From: a virus
Taxonomy: Duplodnaviria; Caudoviricetes
Strand: one strand, 5' to 3'
IMG/VR virus record: IMGVR_UViG_3300024246_000001
Coordinates: 3,513 to 67,512 of that record
DNA: 64,000 nucleotides
Shown here: positions 21,022-30,713 of the stretch, one piece after another
How positions within the stretch are numbered: position 1 is the stretch's first letter
Layout of the letters: every line of letters begins with the position of its first letter
Program-made: the position numbers and the translations under genes
Notes under the pieces: model-generated
What the model was told of the DNA's origin: nothing
The model's input: only the letters and a program-made list of their open reading frames with translations
Databases searched by the model: none

Positions 21022-21224
21022 TGCCAAGCGAGTCGCGCTGCGCCCGCTGCAACACGTCCTGCGAGCCCGAGGACCTCGACGAGTGCTTGGGGTGCAAGTC
21101 GTCAGACCTGTGCCCGGCGTGCATGACCGGCCCGACCAAACACGACTGCACTACCCGAGCTTTTCAGCGGGGTGGTGCGGCCAAGATACTACGCAACCTT
21201 GTGGATGGAGGAGCTATCGCATGA
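21021..21224 (+). CDS. small Cys-rich protein
   Basis: CARC, CLGC, CPAC; TGATG coupling. Confidence 0.55.
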   Translation: MPSESRCARCNTSCEPEDLDECLGCKSSDLCPACMTGPTKHDCTTRAFQRGGAAKILRNLVDGGAIA

Positions 21225-21667
21225 GCGTGATCCCGGCAACCTCACAACCCCGCAACCCCTCCTTCCACCACACCCCGCCCAAGCCGACCCGCTCCCGCGG
21301 CAAATCCTATACGCCCGGCATGTTCGACAAGTTGATCGACCACCCTGTACTCCAGCCAGACCACGCCCCGCCGGAACAGGTGTGCGGGGTGCACGTGGAG
21401 CTCGCAGCATCCGGCCGCAGCGTGATCGTGGCCGAGCAGCTCAAGGGAGGCGTATGCGGGCCGCGGCACCTCCTCACGCTGGAGGAGCCACATTCGGTGT
21501 TCATGCGCCTGGCGGACGGGCGGGAGGTATGGGTCGAGATACGAGCCGTCGAGCCGACGCCAGAGGAGGACAGGGAACCGTGGTCGGATGGGCCAGTAAC
21601 CATGGTTACTGCGGAATCCTTGCCGCCGCAGTCCTCGTTCGTGTGCGTGGAGTTCCTGCCACGCTGA
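21221..21667 (+). CDS. hypothetical protein
   Basis: RBS GGAGGAG; ATGA coupling. Confidence 0.55.
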   Translation: MSVIPATSQPRNPSFHHTPPKPTRSRGKSYTPGMFDKLIDHPVLQPDHAPPEQVCGVHVELAASGRSVIVAEQLKGGVCGPRHLLTLEEPHSVFMRLADGREVWVEIRAVEPTPEEDREPWSDGPVTMVTAESLPPQSSFVCVEFLPR

Positions 21668-21987
21668 TGGCCCGGCAACCCAAGCTACTCGCGCGCGTCC
21701 AGTTCGCCCTCGCGCACGTCTGCTGGCCCCACTGGTGCCAGCGCCACCGCATCCCATACGTGAGCGATTTCTGCCCTGAGTGCAATGGTGCTCGGCTGGC
21801 CCGCCTTGAGGTTGTCGACGGCCGGAACTCAGCCCAGGCCCGCGACATGCCGAGCGAGGAGGCGGCGCTCATCGGACTGGACCGGCTGCTGGCGTTCGAC
21901 ATCGAGGAGGTCCGCAGATACGTGCGCGGCCGGCGGCGGAATGGGCTGCACCGGGCGATGGCGGACGGGGAGATCGGCGGGCGATGA
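21667..21987 (+). CDS. hypothetical protein (Zn-binding motif)
   Basis: CQRH...CPEC; TGATG coupling. Confidence 0.55.
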   Translation: MARQPKLLARVQFALAHVCWPHWCQRHRIPYVSDFCPECNGARLARLEVVDGRNSAQARDMPSEEAALIGLDRLLAFDIEEVRRYVRGRRRNGLHRAMADGEIGGR

Positions 21988-22184
21988 TGGAGAGAGCAAA
22001 GTGCCCCTATTGTGGTCGCATTTTGGCCGTGCAGCCTCCCAAGGGTGGTGACGGATCGGTTGATGTGTTTCCGCGCCACGCAAAGAGTCCACTGCGGCGC
22101 AACAGGGCAGATATCTCGTCCCATGGCATCAGGTGTGAAGGTGGTCGGCAATTGGTGGAATACTCCGATTATGTGAGTGGCTAA
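21984..22184 (+). CDS. small Zn-ribbon protein
   Basis: CPYCG...RH...C. Confidence 0.5.
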   Translation: MMERAKCPYCGRILAVQPPKGGDGSVDVFPRHAKSPLRRNRADISSHGIRCEGGRQLVEYSDYVSG

Positions 22185-22335
22185 GCTGGGCCGGCCGTCT
22201 GCCTACAAGCACGCCCTGAGAACCATCCACACCCACCCACGCTCCACCCGCCACCCCTCGCGAGTTCTCAGCAGCGCACGCACGCCCACCCTTCCCCAAC
22301 GGCCAGCCCTGCGGCGCCCAGCATAGCACGCCTGT

Positions 22336-22491
22336 TCAGGTCGGGATCTTCATGAGGATGAAGCTAAGCACGAAGAACGCCAGACCGTAGCACACGAGCC
22401 TGGAATGCCACGGGTGGGGCTGTGGCACGGCCGAACCGGCGACGATGAACAGGACGATCGAGATTATCTGGGCTACGAGGCTGAGAGTCAT
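22336..22491 (-). CDS. 51-aa two-TM membrane protein, holin candidate (absent from the ORF track)
   Basis: RBS AAGGAGA; MTLSLVAQIISIVLFIVAGSAVPQPHPWHSRLVCYGLAFFVLSFILMKIPT. Confidence 0.6.
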   Translation of the reverse strand: MTLSLVAQIISIVLFIVAGSAVPQPHPWHSRLVCYGLAFFVLSFILMKIPT

Positions 22492-22536
22492 GGAAGGTGG
22501 TCTCCTTTTTTGAATGAATGTGGCTTCGGTGCCACG

Positions 22537-22692
22537 TCAGTAGCTATCCGGCATGGACGTTCGGAAGGTCAGAATCTCCTCCGCCTCGACTGGCCGTTTG
22601 TCGGCCTTCACGCTACCATCCGGACGGATCTCAATCTCGTACCCTTGCTCCATCAGCTCTCCAAGTTCGTCGATCGATGGATGCGCGCTCAT
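22537..22692 (-). CDS. hypothetical protein
   Basis: ATGA coupling to the upstream gene. Confidence 0.45.
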   Translation of the reverse strand: MSAHPSIDELGELMEQGYEIEIRPDGSVKADKRPVEAEEILTFRTSMPDSY

Positions 22693-22883
22693 GCTGCCCA
22701 CCCGCGAGGAAGCCAGCCGTTCAGTTGCCATCCGGACTGTCTCGAAAACCAGATGGAGCGGCAACACCGCGTGCAGCCATACATCGGAATCCATTGCCCG
22801 TCTTCAGGGCGCCGGACGCTGATGCCGTCGAGCGGACCACTCACCGCATGACCGAAGATTCGGCACCACAACGCTTTGAACAT
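22689..22883 (-). CDS. hypothetical protein
   Basis: MFKALWCRIFGH...CTRC, a small-phage-protein pattern. Confidence 0.5.
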   Translation of the reverse strand: MFKALWCRIFGHAVSGPLDGISVRRPEDGQWIPMYGCTRCCRSIWFSRQSGWQLNGWLPRGWAA

Positions 22884-22913
22884 GCCGCGAAGTTTACCAC
22901 CTTCGGTGCCGCG

Positions 22914-23315
22914 TCAGTGCTTCTCCGGCACAGTCAGGATGTGCTCCGACTCCTCGGCCGTACGATCTCCTGGAGCGATCTTCGCTACCCGGCGCGTTTC
23001 GGCATCGTCCGCCATCCCGCCGAGCTTCATGGCGTTGGCAGTCCTCACTTCCTCGTGAACCACCTTCACATCATCGGCAATCGATTCCAAGCGCTCGGAG
23101 GTCTGGCCGTGCTCTACATGGCTTTCAATGCGCTTCTCATCGACCCGTTGGCGCGTCTTCCAACCCTGCCACGCGGCCGTAGCCGGGCCGATCGCGATGC
23201 CGAGGAAACCAAGGACGGCCAGGGTGATGTGCTCGACGGGCGCGGCCCACCACGGAGCGACGGGCGACGCGGCCACGATCGCGAGGAAGGTGATCGATTG
23301 AAGGAGGAGGATCAT
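22914..23315 (-). CDS. membrane protein (lysis-region candidate)
   Basis: Two N-terminal hydrophobic segments plus hydrophilic tail. Confidence 0.6.
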   Translation of the reverse strand: MILLLQSITFLAIVAASPVAPWWAAPVEHITLAVLGFLGIAIGPATAAWQGWKTRQRVDEKRIESHVEHGQTSERLESIADDVKVVHEEVRTANAMKLGGMADDAETRRVAKIAPGDRTAEESEHILTVPEKH

Positions 23316-23639
23316 CTACGCGGGCATCTTCCCGGCGGCGAGGTCGTCGATGGCGGACCAGATGTCGGCGGTCCATTTGTTCATCAGGTCGGCGCGGCCG
23401 ACTACCTCGTCACCTTGTGGAGGATTGCGCAACCATTGAGCGAGTAGCTTGCCCTGCTCGCAGCCCTTGAAGCCGTCGAGATCTGGTACGATGCCCATCC
23501 AACTCACGATCTCGGCATAGGCTTTCGCTGCTACGGCGAGCGCAGAGGCTTCCGGTCCTTCGATGAGTGGCGCGAGGGCGGCGATAAAGCCGCCGTTGTT
23601 GAGGATCTTCTTCACGGATGGATCGAGCGGTCCTGGCAT
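23316..23639 (-). CDS. hypothetical protein
   Basis: RBS GGAGG; tightly packed with neighbours. Confidence 0.6.
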   Translation of the reverse strand: MPGPLDPSVKKILNNGGFIAALAPLIEGPEASALAVAAKAYAEIVSWMGIVPDLDGFKGCEQGKLLAQWLRNPPQGDEVVGRADLMNKWTADIWSAIDDLAAGKMPA

Positions 23640-23640
23640 G

Positions 23641-24069
23641 TCATTGGCCTCCTAACTTTGGTGGGTCTGGAATAGCGGGGGCCGGAATCCCCCGCATCTT
23701 CAATGTGGTGGCCATCTCGACGACAGCACCATGCATGTTGAAATTATATGCGTTCTGATCGCGCAGGCTTGCTCTGGTCTGACTTTGCTCCTCGGTCAGG
23801 TGCCGGATATCGCTCCCCTGCGAAGTGAACGAGTTGGATGTCGTGAGGGTCAGGTTGGCGATGTTGTTGTTCACCGACTTGATCTCCTCAAGCATCCTAC
23901 TGGCGATCCAGATAGTAGCCGTAAGCAGAAGGCCGCAGACGGTCAGCATGAGCCCGAATAGCGTCATCCATGTTCGCGGATCAGACCATGCGCTCGGCTT
24001 GGCTCGCTCGCTTGAAACATACTGCCCCTCCGGATCACCTTCCCTGCGGTGCTGATGCGGTTCAGCCAT
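23641..24069 (-). CDS. single-TM coiled-coil protein (holin/antiholin candidate)
   Basis: TM WMTLFGLMLTVCGLLLTATIWIA followed by heptad-like region. Confidence 0.6.
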   Translation of the reverse strand: MAEPHQHRREGDPEGQYVSSERAKPSAWSDPRTWMTLFGLMLTVCGLLLTATIWIASRMLEEIKSVNNNIANLTLTTSNSFTSQGSDIRHLTEEQSQTRASLRDQNAYNFNMHGAVVEMATTLKMRGIPAPAIPDPPKLGGQ

Positions 24070-24105
24070 TCAGCGTACCCTCCCGGTGACATAGTGCCAT
24101 AGAAA

Positions 24106-26814
24106 TCACTTTTGCGCACCTTTGCCGCGGATGTACTCCTTGCCGCCGTGGAACTGCCTCATCATCCCATACCACTGTGGGTACTTGGCCTTGAACTCTG
24201 ATGGGTTGAGCATGTAGTCCTTGCCAAGCTCCGCGAAAGATTCATGCACGCCAAGTTCTCCACCGCTTGAATTCTGCATCACCGCCTGTGGAATCCCATG
24301 AGTGTCTGAGGCTCTCCATGCGGCATGCACGGCGGATCGGAACCGCTGCTTCTCCTCGGGCGTCAGGTCGCGCTCGTAAACGCCATGATAGGCCTCGTGT
24401 GCGTACGTCGCCGGCTCTTCCGTGCCGCTCTTGGCGATCTGCACGGTGTTGGCGAAGGTGCCCGGGCCGAGCTGGGAATCAGGATGCTCGAAGTCGGCAC
24501 CGTACTTGCCGAGAGCGGTCGGGCGCTCGGGGAAGGAGCCGGACAGCGGCGAGCCCCACCGCAGACTGTTGCGCGTGTTCTTGAACCTCTCCGGCAGCAG
24601 CCTGTTTGGAGGGATCGGCACGGGGAATTCCAGTTCGTTACCCTTTGCATCCTCGCGGCGCATGAGCATGTTGTCGTTCTCGTCGTATTGCCCATAGGTC
24701 GAGGGGAACTCCCTATTTGACGACTGGTATGCGCCTTGACCCGGGACTGGCGGCGGCCCACTCACCAGCGCACTCGACCGGCCTGCCCGCGCGCGCCTGG
24801 CCGCGTCGCTCGCCTCCAAGGTGCCGAGCATGCCCTTCGTGTCGACCCCACCACCACCACCGCCAGATTGGCTCTGGTTGCCACCCTGCTGCATCTCGAC
24901 GCCCATCACGAGGCTGGATACCTTGCTCGCGAGTGCCCGGCCGGCGGCGCTTGCCGGACTGGTGGTCATGGCTTTGGCCAGCACGTCCACCGTGCCGGGC
25001 CGCGCGAGCACCTTGGCCACCAGCGCAGGTGCCAGAGCCATGGCGGCGCCCGCAGGCCCCCACATCTTCCAACCGCCGGCGCCGTCGTGTTCGAGCACGC
25101 GGTCGGCCCCCACGCCCACCGCAGCACCCGCGCCCGCTTTGATGGCCAGTCCGCCGATCGACTGTTTGGCTGCGGCGTGCATCCAGCTCGTGTCCATCAT
25201 CGCGGCGAACTTGCGCATCTTGACCACGTTCTCAGTCGACCCGAATACGGCCTCCTGCGCGGCCGGGCCTAACTTGTCCAACATGCGATCGAACTTCGGC
25301 GCCAGGAACGTGCTGTCGCCGGGCGAGGACTGTTCGAGGAGGCGCTTCCACAGCGACGACCGTACGGCCTCCATGTCCGCCGCTGGGATGAGCTGCTTGA
25401 GGTTGGTGGCGGTGGTCTGTGCATTCTTGCCCATGAGCGCGTCGAGCACCGCATCCGGGGCCTTGGCACGCACCAGAGCCTTGATGGTGCCGGACTCAAA
25501 CGTGTTGATGAACTGGGCGTACTGCGCGCTGGCCCGCGAGAACTGCTGGCCGAGCCCAGGGGAAGCCTGCTCCAACGCGCTTGTCATCGAGTCGTGCCAT
25601 GCGCCAGTCAAGCGCTGGAGCGCACCCTTGCCGGTCGAGGTCTGGAAGATGGGTGAACTCGCGATGTCGCGCAGGAAGGTCCGGCGCTGGATGGCTTCAG
25701 CTACCGACACGCCCTTGCCCGACTGCGCCTCGTTGATCATGTCCTGCAAAATCCCACGTGCTTTGTTCACGTCGTCAATAGCACCCAGCCCCGGCACGTT
25801 CTTGACACCCCCTTCAAGTTGGGTGAGGAGGCGCTGGGCTTCGGCCACACCCGGTGCGTCGAGGGTGATAGTCGGGTTGCCGTGCGCCGCGGCTTGGGCG
25901 GTCACTTGAGCATACTCGCGGCCGAGGGCTTGCCCGGCAGCGTCGTGCGCCTGCGCTAGACCCTCTTGAATGGCCGCACCAGCTTCGGTGCCGGATTTGG
26001 CCAACGCTGGGTCGACGACCCCCTTGATGAGGGCCTGCACCCGCTCGGCCTTCGACCAATATTTGAGTGGGGCCGCAGTGAGCGCCCCGAGTGCGCCGGC
26101 CCACGCGGCGGCATGTGGGTCACCTGTTTGCAGGCCCGTGACGGCGGCGTTGGACACGCCCTCGGCCCCACCGGCGAGTGCTGCCCGGCCGAGGCGGCTT
26201 GTCACTGCCGGGATCTCGGCCAGCACTGTGCCGGGTGCGCGGACACCGCCAGCTCCACGTGCGAGCATGCCGGTCGTGTCGACCAGATCAATCCCGGCAC
26301 CGGCCGCCTTTGCGCCACGCGAGGCGAGTCCGGCGGGCGCGAGGAGCTCAGCCAACTTCTCGCCATAGAACCCTGCCGTGTCGGCACCGCCTTGCGGGTC
26401 AATTGAGGTGGGGTTAGAGCCGTGCAACTGCTCCTCCACCGCCGGGTCGCTGTACGGCCCGAAGTCCCCGGTGGTGGCCCCGCGCACGAACTTGCCGATC
26501 TGCGTGCCGGTGGACACAGCGCCGCGGCCGATGCCGGTGAAGAACGCGTCCACGCCCGGCAGTTGCGGCGGGGGTGGCGGCGGGAGCATGGCGGTGAGCC
26601 GGTTGTTGCGCACACTGATCGCCGCGCGTGAGGCCACCGAATTGGGGTCGTCGAGCGGCGAGGCGCCGAGCGGGTGGCCGTTGTCGTCGACGAGCGCGGG
26701 TTCCCCACCGGCGACGGGCTTGCCGTTGTCGTCGACCAGATCCGGCTCGGCCGCCTGCGGGGCTACTGCTGTGGCGCCGGTGCCCAACCTACCCCCTTGC
26801 TGGTCTGCGACCAC
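24106..26814 (-). CDS. large internal-virion/DNA ejection protein with C-terminal zincin metallopeptidase
   Basis: Ala/Gly-rich helical body after two other ejection-like genes; HEAYH...ESFAE...NP..F..KYP..Y at the C-terminus; start codon uncertain. Confidence 0.7.
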   Translation of the reverse strand: MVADQQGGRLGTGATAVAPQAAEPDLVDDNGKPVAGGEPALVDDNGHPLGASPLDDPNSVASRAAISVRNNRLTAMLPPPPPPQLPGVDAFFTGIGRGAVSTGTQIGKFVRGATTGDFGPYSDPAVEEQLHGSNPTSIDPQGGADTAGFYGEKLAELLAPAGLASRGAKAAGAGIDLVDTTGMLARGAGGVRAPGTVLAEIPAVTSRLGRAALAGGAEGVSNAAVTGLQTGDPHAAAWAGALGALTAAPLKYWSKAERVQALIKGVVDPALAKSGTEAGAAIQEGLAQAHDAAGQALGREYAQVTAQAAAHGNPTITLDAPGVAEAQRLLTQLEGGVKNVPGLGAIDDVNKARGILQDMINEAQSGKGVSVAEAIQRRTFLRDIASSPIFQTSTGKGALQRLTGAWHDSMTSALEQASPGLGQQFSRASAQYAQFINTFESGTIKALVRAKAPDAVLDALMGKNAQTTATNLKQLIPAADMEAVRSSLWKRLLEQSSPGDSTFLAPKFDRMLDKLGPAAQEAVFGSTENVVKMRKFAAMMDTSWMHAAAKQSIGGLAIKAGAGAAVGVGADRVLEHDGAGGWKMWGPAGAAMALAPALVAKVLARPGTVDVLAKAMTTSPASAAGRALASKVSSLVMGVEMQQGGNQSQSGGGGGGVDTKGMLGTLEASDAARRARAGRSSALVSGPPPVPGQGAYQSSNREFPSTYGQYDENDNMLMRREDAKGNELEFPVPIPPNRLLPERFKNTRNSLRWGSPLSGSFPERPTALGKYGADFEHPDSQLGPGTFANTVQIAKSGTEEPATYAHEAYHGVYERDLTPEEKQRFRSAVHAAWRASDTHGIPQAVMQNSSGGELGVHESFAELGKDYMLNPSEFKAKYPQWYGMMRQFHGGKEYIRGKGAQK

Positions 26815-28676
26815 ACCATGTTCTGGCCACCGATGTTAGCGACTGTCTTGCCGACCACGCGCTGGCTGGCCGGGGGCAGAGCGTTGCCACCCGCACGAGG
26901 CTGAGTTATGGGCTGCGCATTAGGGTCGGGCGGCGGCGTGCTGATCCCGGCGTTGCTGTAATCGTTCTTCCCTTGACTCCCACGCATCCCGCCGCGGCGC
27001 TTGACGAGGATGGAACTCTCCACATTGTCCAATTGTGCGCGGATGTTGGCCTGCTTCTGCTGCGCGGTGCCGATCGTGTCGGTGATCTTTGGGATGTCGT
27101 TGGCCACCGCGAGCAGGATCTCCTTCTCGTTGAGCCGCAGGCCCTCGCTGCCGGCTGTGGCGCGCAGAGTCCGGATCGCGGTGGTGCGCCATGAGTTGAA
27201 TGCAGCCAGCTCCTCGTCGGTCTGGAGGAACTGAGAAATCTTGTTGCCGAGCCCACCTGTGATTCGTCCGGTGGCATCCTTGGGCAGCTTGTCGAGCACG
27301 TTGGCCAACACCGAATCCTGGTTGAGCCGCGCGCCGTCGATGTCACTGATCGCTTTGGCCCGTGGGCCATCCACCACAGGCAGGCCCTGTGCGATATAGC
27401 GCTGCATCATCGCGTTCTTGATCTTGCCGGTATAGCCCGTTAGGTCGACATAATACCTGCCCGAATTGGTCTGGCTGACATGATTGTCACTCATGTAATC
27501 AGATGGCCCACCGGCTCCACCAGTATTTATCGGTGCGCCGGGTGTGGCCATACCGCCATATAGTGACTGGTCTAGCGCCAACCGCTGTTTGGAGATGCCC
27601 AGCCGCTCAGCGCCCTGCTGCACGCCCTGCAATGCGATAGCTTCCTGCGCCTTCCAATGGGCTAGTTTGGCTTGGCGCTCAATTGGGTTGCTGATGGTCT
27701 GTGCGTGCACGAGGCCCACACGCGCTTCGGCGAGGTCCGACATCGAGGTGCGGTAGTGCGCCATCGGGGTCTGCTGTTCGGGCGGCAGGCGCTCACCGGT
27801 TTCCGGGTCCAGCCCCGCGAGACGCATCTTGACTTCGCGGTCCTTGGATTTACTGAGCATGCCCGCGCCCTTGAGCGCCCGCAGGTCGATGAGCGCGTGC
27901 GGGTTGGCCTCCAAGTCAATGCCCATCTGTTCGGCCAACTCGGGCGCGCTCGACGCGGGGATGGAATTGTTGAACGCCGCCATCTCGGGCGGGGTCATGG
28001 GCATGATCTCTTCGGTCTGCGGTGGGGCCGGTGGCGGGGTGGTCATCGCGGACTGCCCGCCGGGCGCACCGACTGCCGGCGCCGGGCTCACCTTGCCTGG
28101 CATGGGCTGCACGCCCCCTGGCACCGCGCCTGCTTGTGGGGCTGGCGGCCCAGCAGCAATTGTGGTGGGCGCCATGTCTGTCGGCCCGAATGGCCCGCCC
28201 TGCGGTGGCGGCGGCCCGGCGGCGAACGGGTTGGTGGGCTCCGGCGGTTGAGCAGGCTCGGGCGGCTTGGAGGGTTCGCCGTTTTTGCGGATCTCAGCCG
28301 TCGCGACCCGGTGGAACAGGTTGCCGTATGCCGGGATCTGGCCGTCCGAATTCGGCTTGTATTGGGTGGGGAGCTGCTTGTTGTAGGGGATCTGCCGGAT
28401 GGCGGCGGCGTGCATGTGCGCGTCACGCTGAAGGTCCGGGTGGTTGGCGTAGCGCGGGTCGTTGGAGAACTGATCGAATCGCTGGGCGAGTTCTTCCCGC
28501 CGGTCGAGCTCGCGGTTGGCCTGGCGGCGGTTGTCAGCTGAATGGAGCTTGAAGAATTCGGCGGCGATCGCAGCCAGCGGGTTGCCATACCCTGCGGTGA
28601 GCGGGGGCGGGGTGGTCTCGGCCGACAATGGGCCAAGCGGGGCGAGTGAGGGCGTAGTGGAGGGATCGTCGGCCAT
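26763..28676 (-). CDS. internal-virion/DNA ejection protein
   Basis: Pro/Ala-rich, helical; position in the podovirus ejection cluster. Confidence 0.65.
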   Translation of the reverse strand: MADDPSTTPSLAPLGPLSAETTPPPLTAGYGNPLAAIAAEFFKLHSADNRRQANRELDRREELAQRFDQFSNDPRYANHPDLQRDAHMHAAAIRQIPYNKQLPTQYKPNSDGQIPAYGNLFHRVATAEIRKNGEPSKPPEPAQPPEPTNPFAAGPPPPQGGPFGPTDMAPTTIAAGPPAPQAGAVPGGVQPMPGKVSPAPAVGAPGGQSAMTTPPPAPPQTEEIMPMTPPEMAAFNNSIPASSAPELAEQMGIDLEANPHALIDLRALKGAGMLSKSKDREVKMRLAGLDPETGERLPPEQQTPMAHYRTSMSDLAEARVGLVHAQTISNPIERQAKLAHWKAQEAIALQGVQQGAERLGISKQRLALDQSLYGGMATPGAPINTGGAGGPSDYMSDNHVSQTNSGRYYVDLTGYTGKIKNAMMQRYIAQGLPVVDGPRAKAISDIDGARLNQDSVLANVLDKLPKDATGRITGGLGNKISQFLQTDEELAAFNSWRTTAIRTLRATAGSEGLRLNEKEILLAVANDIPKITDTIGTAQQKQANIRAQLDNVESSILVKRRGGMRGSQGKNDYSNAGISTPPPDPNAQPITQPRAGGNALPPASQRVVGKTVANIGGQNMVWSQTSKGVGWAPAPQQ

Positions 28677-28679
28677 CTG

Positions 28680-29363
28680 TTAACCTCCGCCACCGGTGCC
28701 GCCAGCACCACCACTTGCGGGCTTGCCGTTGCCACCACCACCGTTGTTATTCTTGTACTCTTGCCACGCGTTGAAGAGGGCTTGGGCCATCTGCTGTTGC
28801 GCCGCGGATTGATCGCCGGCGGCAGTGCGGCCCATGTTGAAGGCTGATTGGTCGAGGGTGCCAGCGCCTAGTCCAGCGTTGGTGGACCCACCGGCGGCCC
28901 CAGAGCCGATGTTCGCGGCTTGCCCAGCCATCGCCGACAAGGCCGGGTAAGCACTCGCGCGTTCTGTGTCGATGACCCGCTGACCCTCGTCGGCGGCGCG
29001 GAACCCCAAGTCCGTGTTATATGCAGCCCCGGCCCCAGAGCGCGGGGCGAGGTTGCGCGACGCTGTGATGAGTGAGCCATACCGCGAGTTGATGTCAGCT
29101 AGTTGCGGGGCCACCGCGCCCATGATCTGGGAGCGGTCCCCACTCGCGAGCGCCCGGTAGTGCTCGAACGCCGGGTCGAAGGCCTCACCTGCGCGCTGGT
29201 AGTACTGGCCGATGTACGGGCTCAGCGTCTTCATGTTGGCCAGTTGCTGGTTGGCCAAGTCGGTCTGTGAGCGGATGAGGGGCTGCTGCTTTTTGGACGC
29301 CGAGCGGCTGCCCATGTAATTGAGCACTGCCCCGCCAGCGACGGCTACGGCGACCCAGCTCAC
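28680..29363 (-). CDS. small ejection (DNA transfer) protein, P22 gp7-like
   Basis: MSWVAVAVAGGAVL..GS.SASK start; Gly/Ala/Gln-rich. Confidence 0.7.
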   Translation of the reverse strand: MSWVAVAVAGGAVLNYMGSRSASKKQQPLIRSQTDLANQQLANMKTLSPYIGQYYQRAGEAFDPAFEHYRALASGDRSQIMGAVAPQLADINSRYGSLITASRNLAPRSGAGAAYNTDLGFRAADEGQRVIDTERASAYPALSAMAGQAANIGSGAAGGSTNAGLGAGTLDQSAFNMGRTAAGDQSAAQQQMAQALFNAWQEYKNNNGGGGNGKPASGGAGGTGGGG

Positions 29364-29872
29364 GAAGCCACCGCCAATTCGACCCGGCCGCCCAGCAACT
29401 CTTTGTAGAGCTGGTTGGCGGTGAGGTCGCTGCCGGGCATCGTGCGGCGTTCAATCAACATGTCTTCAAGTTCGGCGAGGTCGCGCGTGTTGGTCGGGTT
29501 GGGGTGGAAGGTGATAAACACAGCGTCCTCGTGCACCAGGATCACCCGCCGCGTGCCAGCCTTAGTGATCCCCACATGTGGGGCGCGCAGGTGCTCGACC
29601 TTGCCGCCGTCCTCTGGCACGAAGGTGGAGATGCTCCCGCGCATGAGCACGAACGGGTGCTCTAACTTGTGGACCTTCGTAGTGATGAGGGCGCCGGCAG
29701 GATTGTAAATCTCGCGGATGTACATCCCGGGCGTGAACCGGTGCACGAGCGGCATGTCGAGCAACTCGCCGCTGCCGAGCATGACTTGCTCCAGCTCGTC
29801 GATGGCCGCGTGCAGGTCGACGCCGCTATGCGTCTGCGTCAGTTCCCTTGTGGTCGTCACGCCCGCCCCCAT
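29360..29872 (-). CDS. conserved phage cupin-like protein
   Basis: HRFTPGMYIREI.NPAG...TKVHK.EH...GTRRVILVHED. Confidence 0.75.
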   Translation of the reverse strand: MGAGVTTTRELTQTHSGVDLHAAIDELEQVMLGSGELLDMPLVHRFTPGMYIREIYNPAGALITTKVHKLEHPFVLMRGSISTFVPEDGGKVEHLRAPHVGITKAGTRRVILVHEDAVFITFHPNPTNTRDLAELEDMLIERRTMPGSDLTANQLYKELLGGRVELAVAS

Positions 29873-30323
29873 CCCCTCTACCCCAAGGAACATGCTCCTC
29901 ACCACCCACCGGAATGGCTGGGTGCAAGGTGATCTCGTACAACACTCCGGTGCTCCGCTTGAGCCCGTTCTTGATCGCCGCGGCGTGGGCCGCAGGAGTG
30001 TCCTGCACCATCGAATACACGGTGATCGGGTAGCCCACCTCGTCGACCAGTTGCTCGAAGGACGCACGAATCAGGCACCCCAATTCGGTCACACTGAATG
30101 TGATGTCAAGACCCACCTTCGATACGAGTGGCTCGACGTGAAAGCACATCGTCTTGAACAAGGCCACCACAGGTTCTCCGGCAAGCTCCACCACGTAGGG
30201 GGTGGCGGCTGGGCCTGGCCATTCAAGCCCCCGAGCGATGAGCATGTCGGCGATGGCCGGCACGTCCTCGGGCACAGCTTGGCGGTAGGTGATCTCTGCG
30301 GTTTGGTCGGTCACGCTTGACAT
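29826..30323 (-). CDS. GNAT-like protein of the podovirus tail module
   Basis: ITYRQAVPEDVPAIADM start typical of GNAT folds; position. Confidence 0.5.
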   Translation of the reverse strand: MSSVTDQTAEITYRQAVPEDVPAIADMLIARGLEWPGPAATPYVVELAGEPVVALFKTMCFHVEPLVSKVGLDITFSVTELGCLIRASFEQLVDEVGYPITVYSMVQDTPAAHAAAIKNGLKRSTGVLYEITLHPAIPVGGEEHVPWGRGDGGGRDDHKGTDADA

Positions 30324-30341
30324 TCTATCATCCTCGTGATC

Positions 30342-30713
30342 TCACCATGCCACCCATGTGCGCGTAGGCCCATCAAACACATACTTGATGTTGGTCGCAC
30401 GTACCCTGACGATCTGCCCGTCAACGGCAGTGGCGACCGGCGGCAGGTCGGCGAAGGTGGCCACTTGACTGGCGAGACCTGGCTGGGGCGGAGCCGCACT
30501 GGCTGTGCCACCTACAGCGAGTTGGCTGAGTAGGGTCCGGTCAGTAGGGGTGACGAGGCCGGTGCCTTGCTGGGCCTCGACCGCCGCAGTGCGCCCCTCA
30601 AGTGCGGCGATGCGGGTGAGCAGGTGGGCGTTCTGCGCGTAGGCTCCATCTAGCCGTTGGCGCAGGCGCTCCGGATCGGAGATGTCTTCGTGGGTGATCT
30701 GGATGCGGTCCAC
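30342..30713 (-). CDS. virion-associated hypothetical protein
   Basis: Coiled-coil plus LP......DGQIVRV...YVFDG..W motif. Confidence 0.6.
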   Translation of the reverse strand: MDRIQITHEDISDPERLRQRLDGAYAQNAHLLTRIAALEGRTAAVEAQQGTGLVTPTDRTLLSQLAVGGTASAAPPQPGLASQVATFADLPPVATAVDGQIVRVRATNIKYVFDGPTRTWVAW

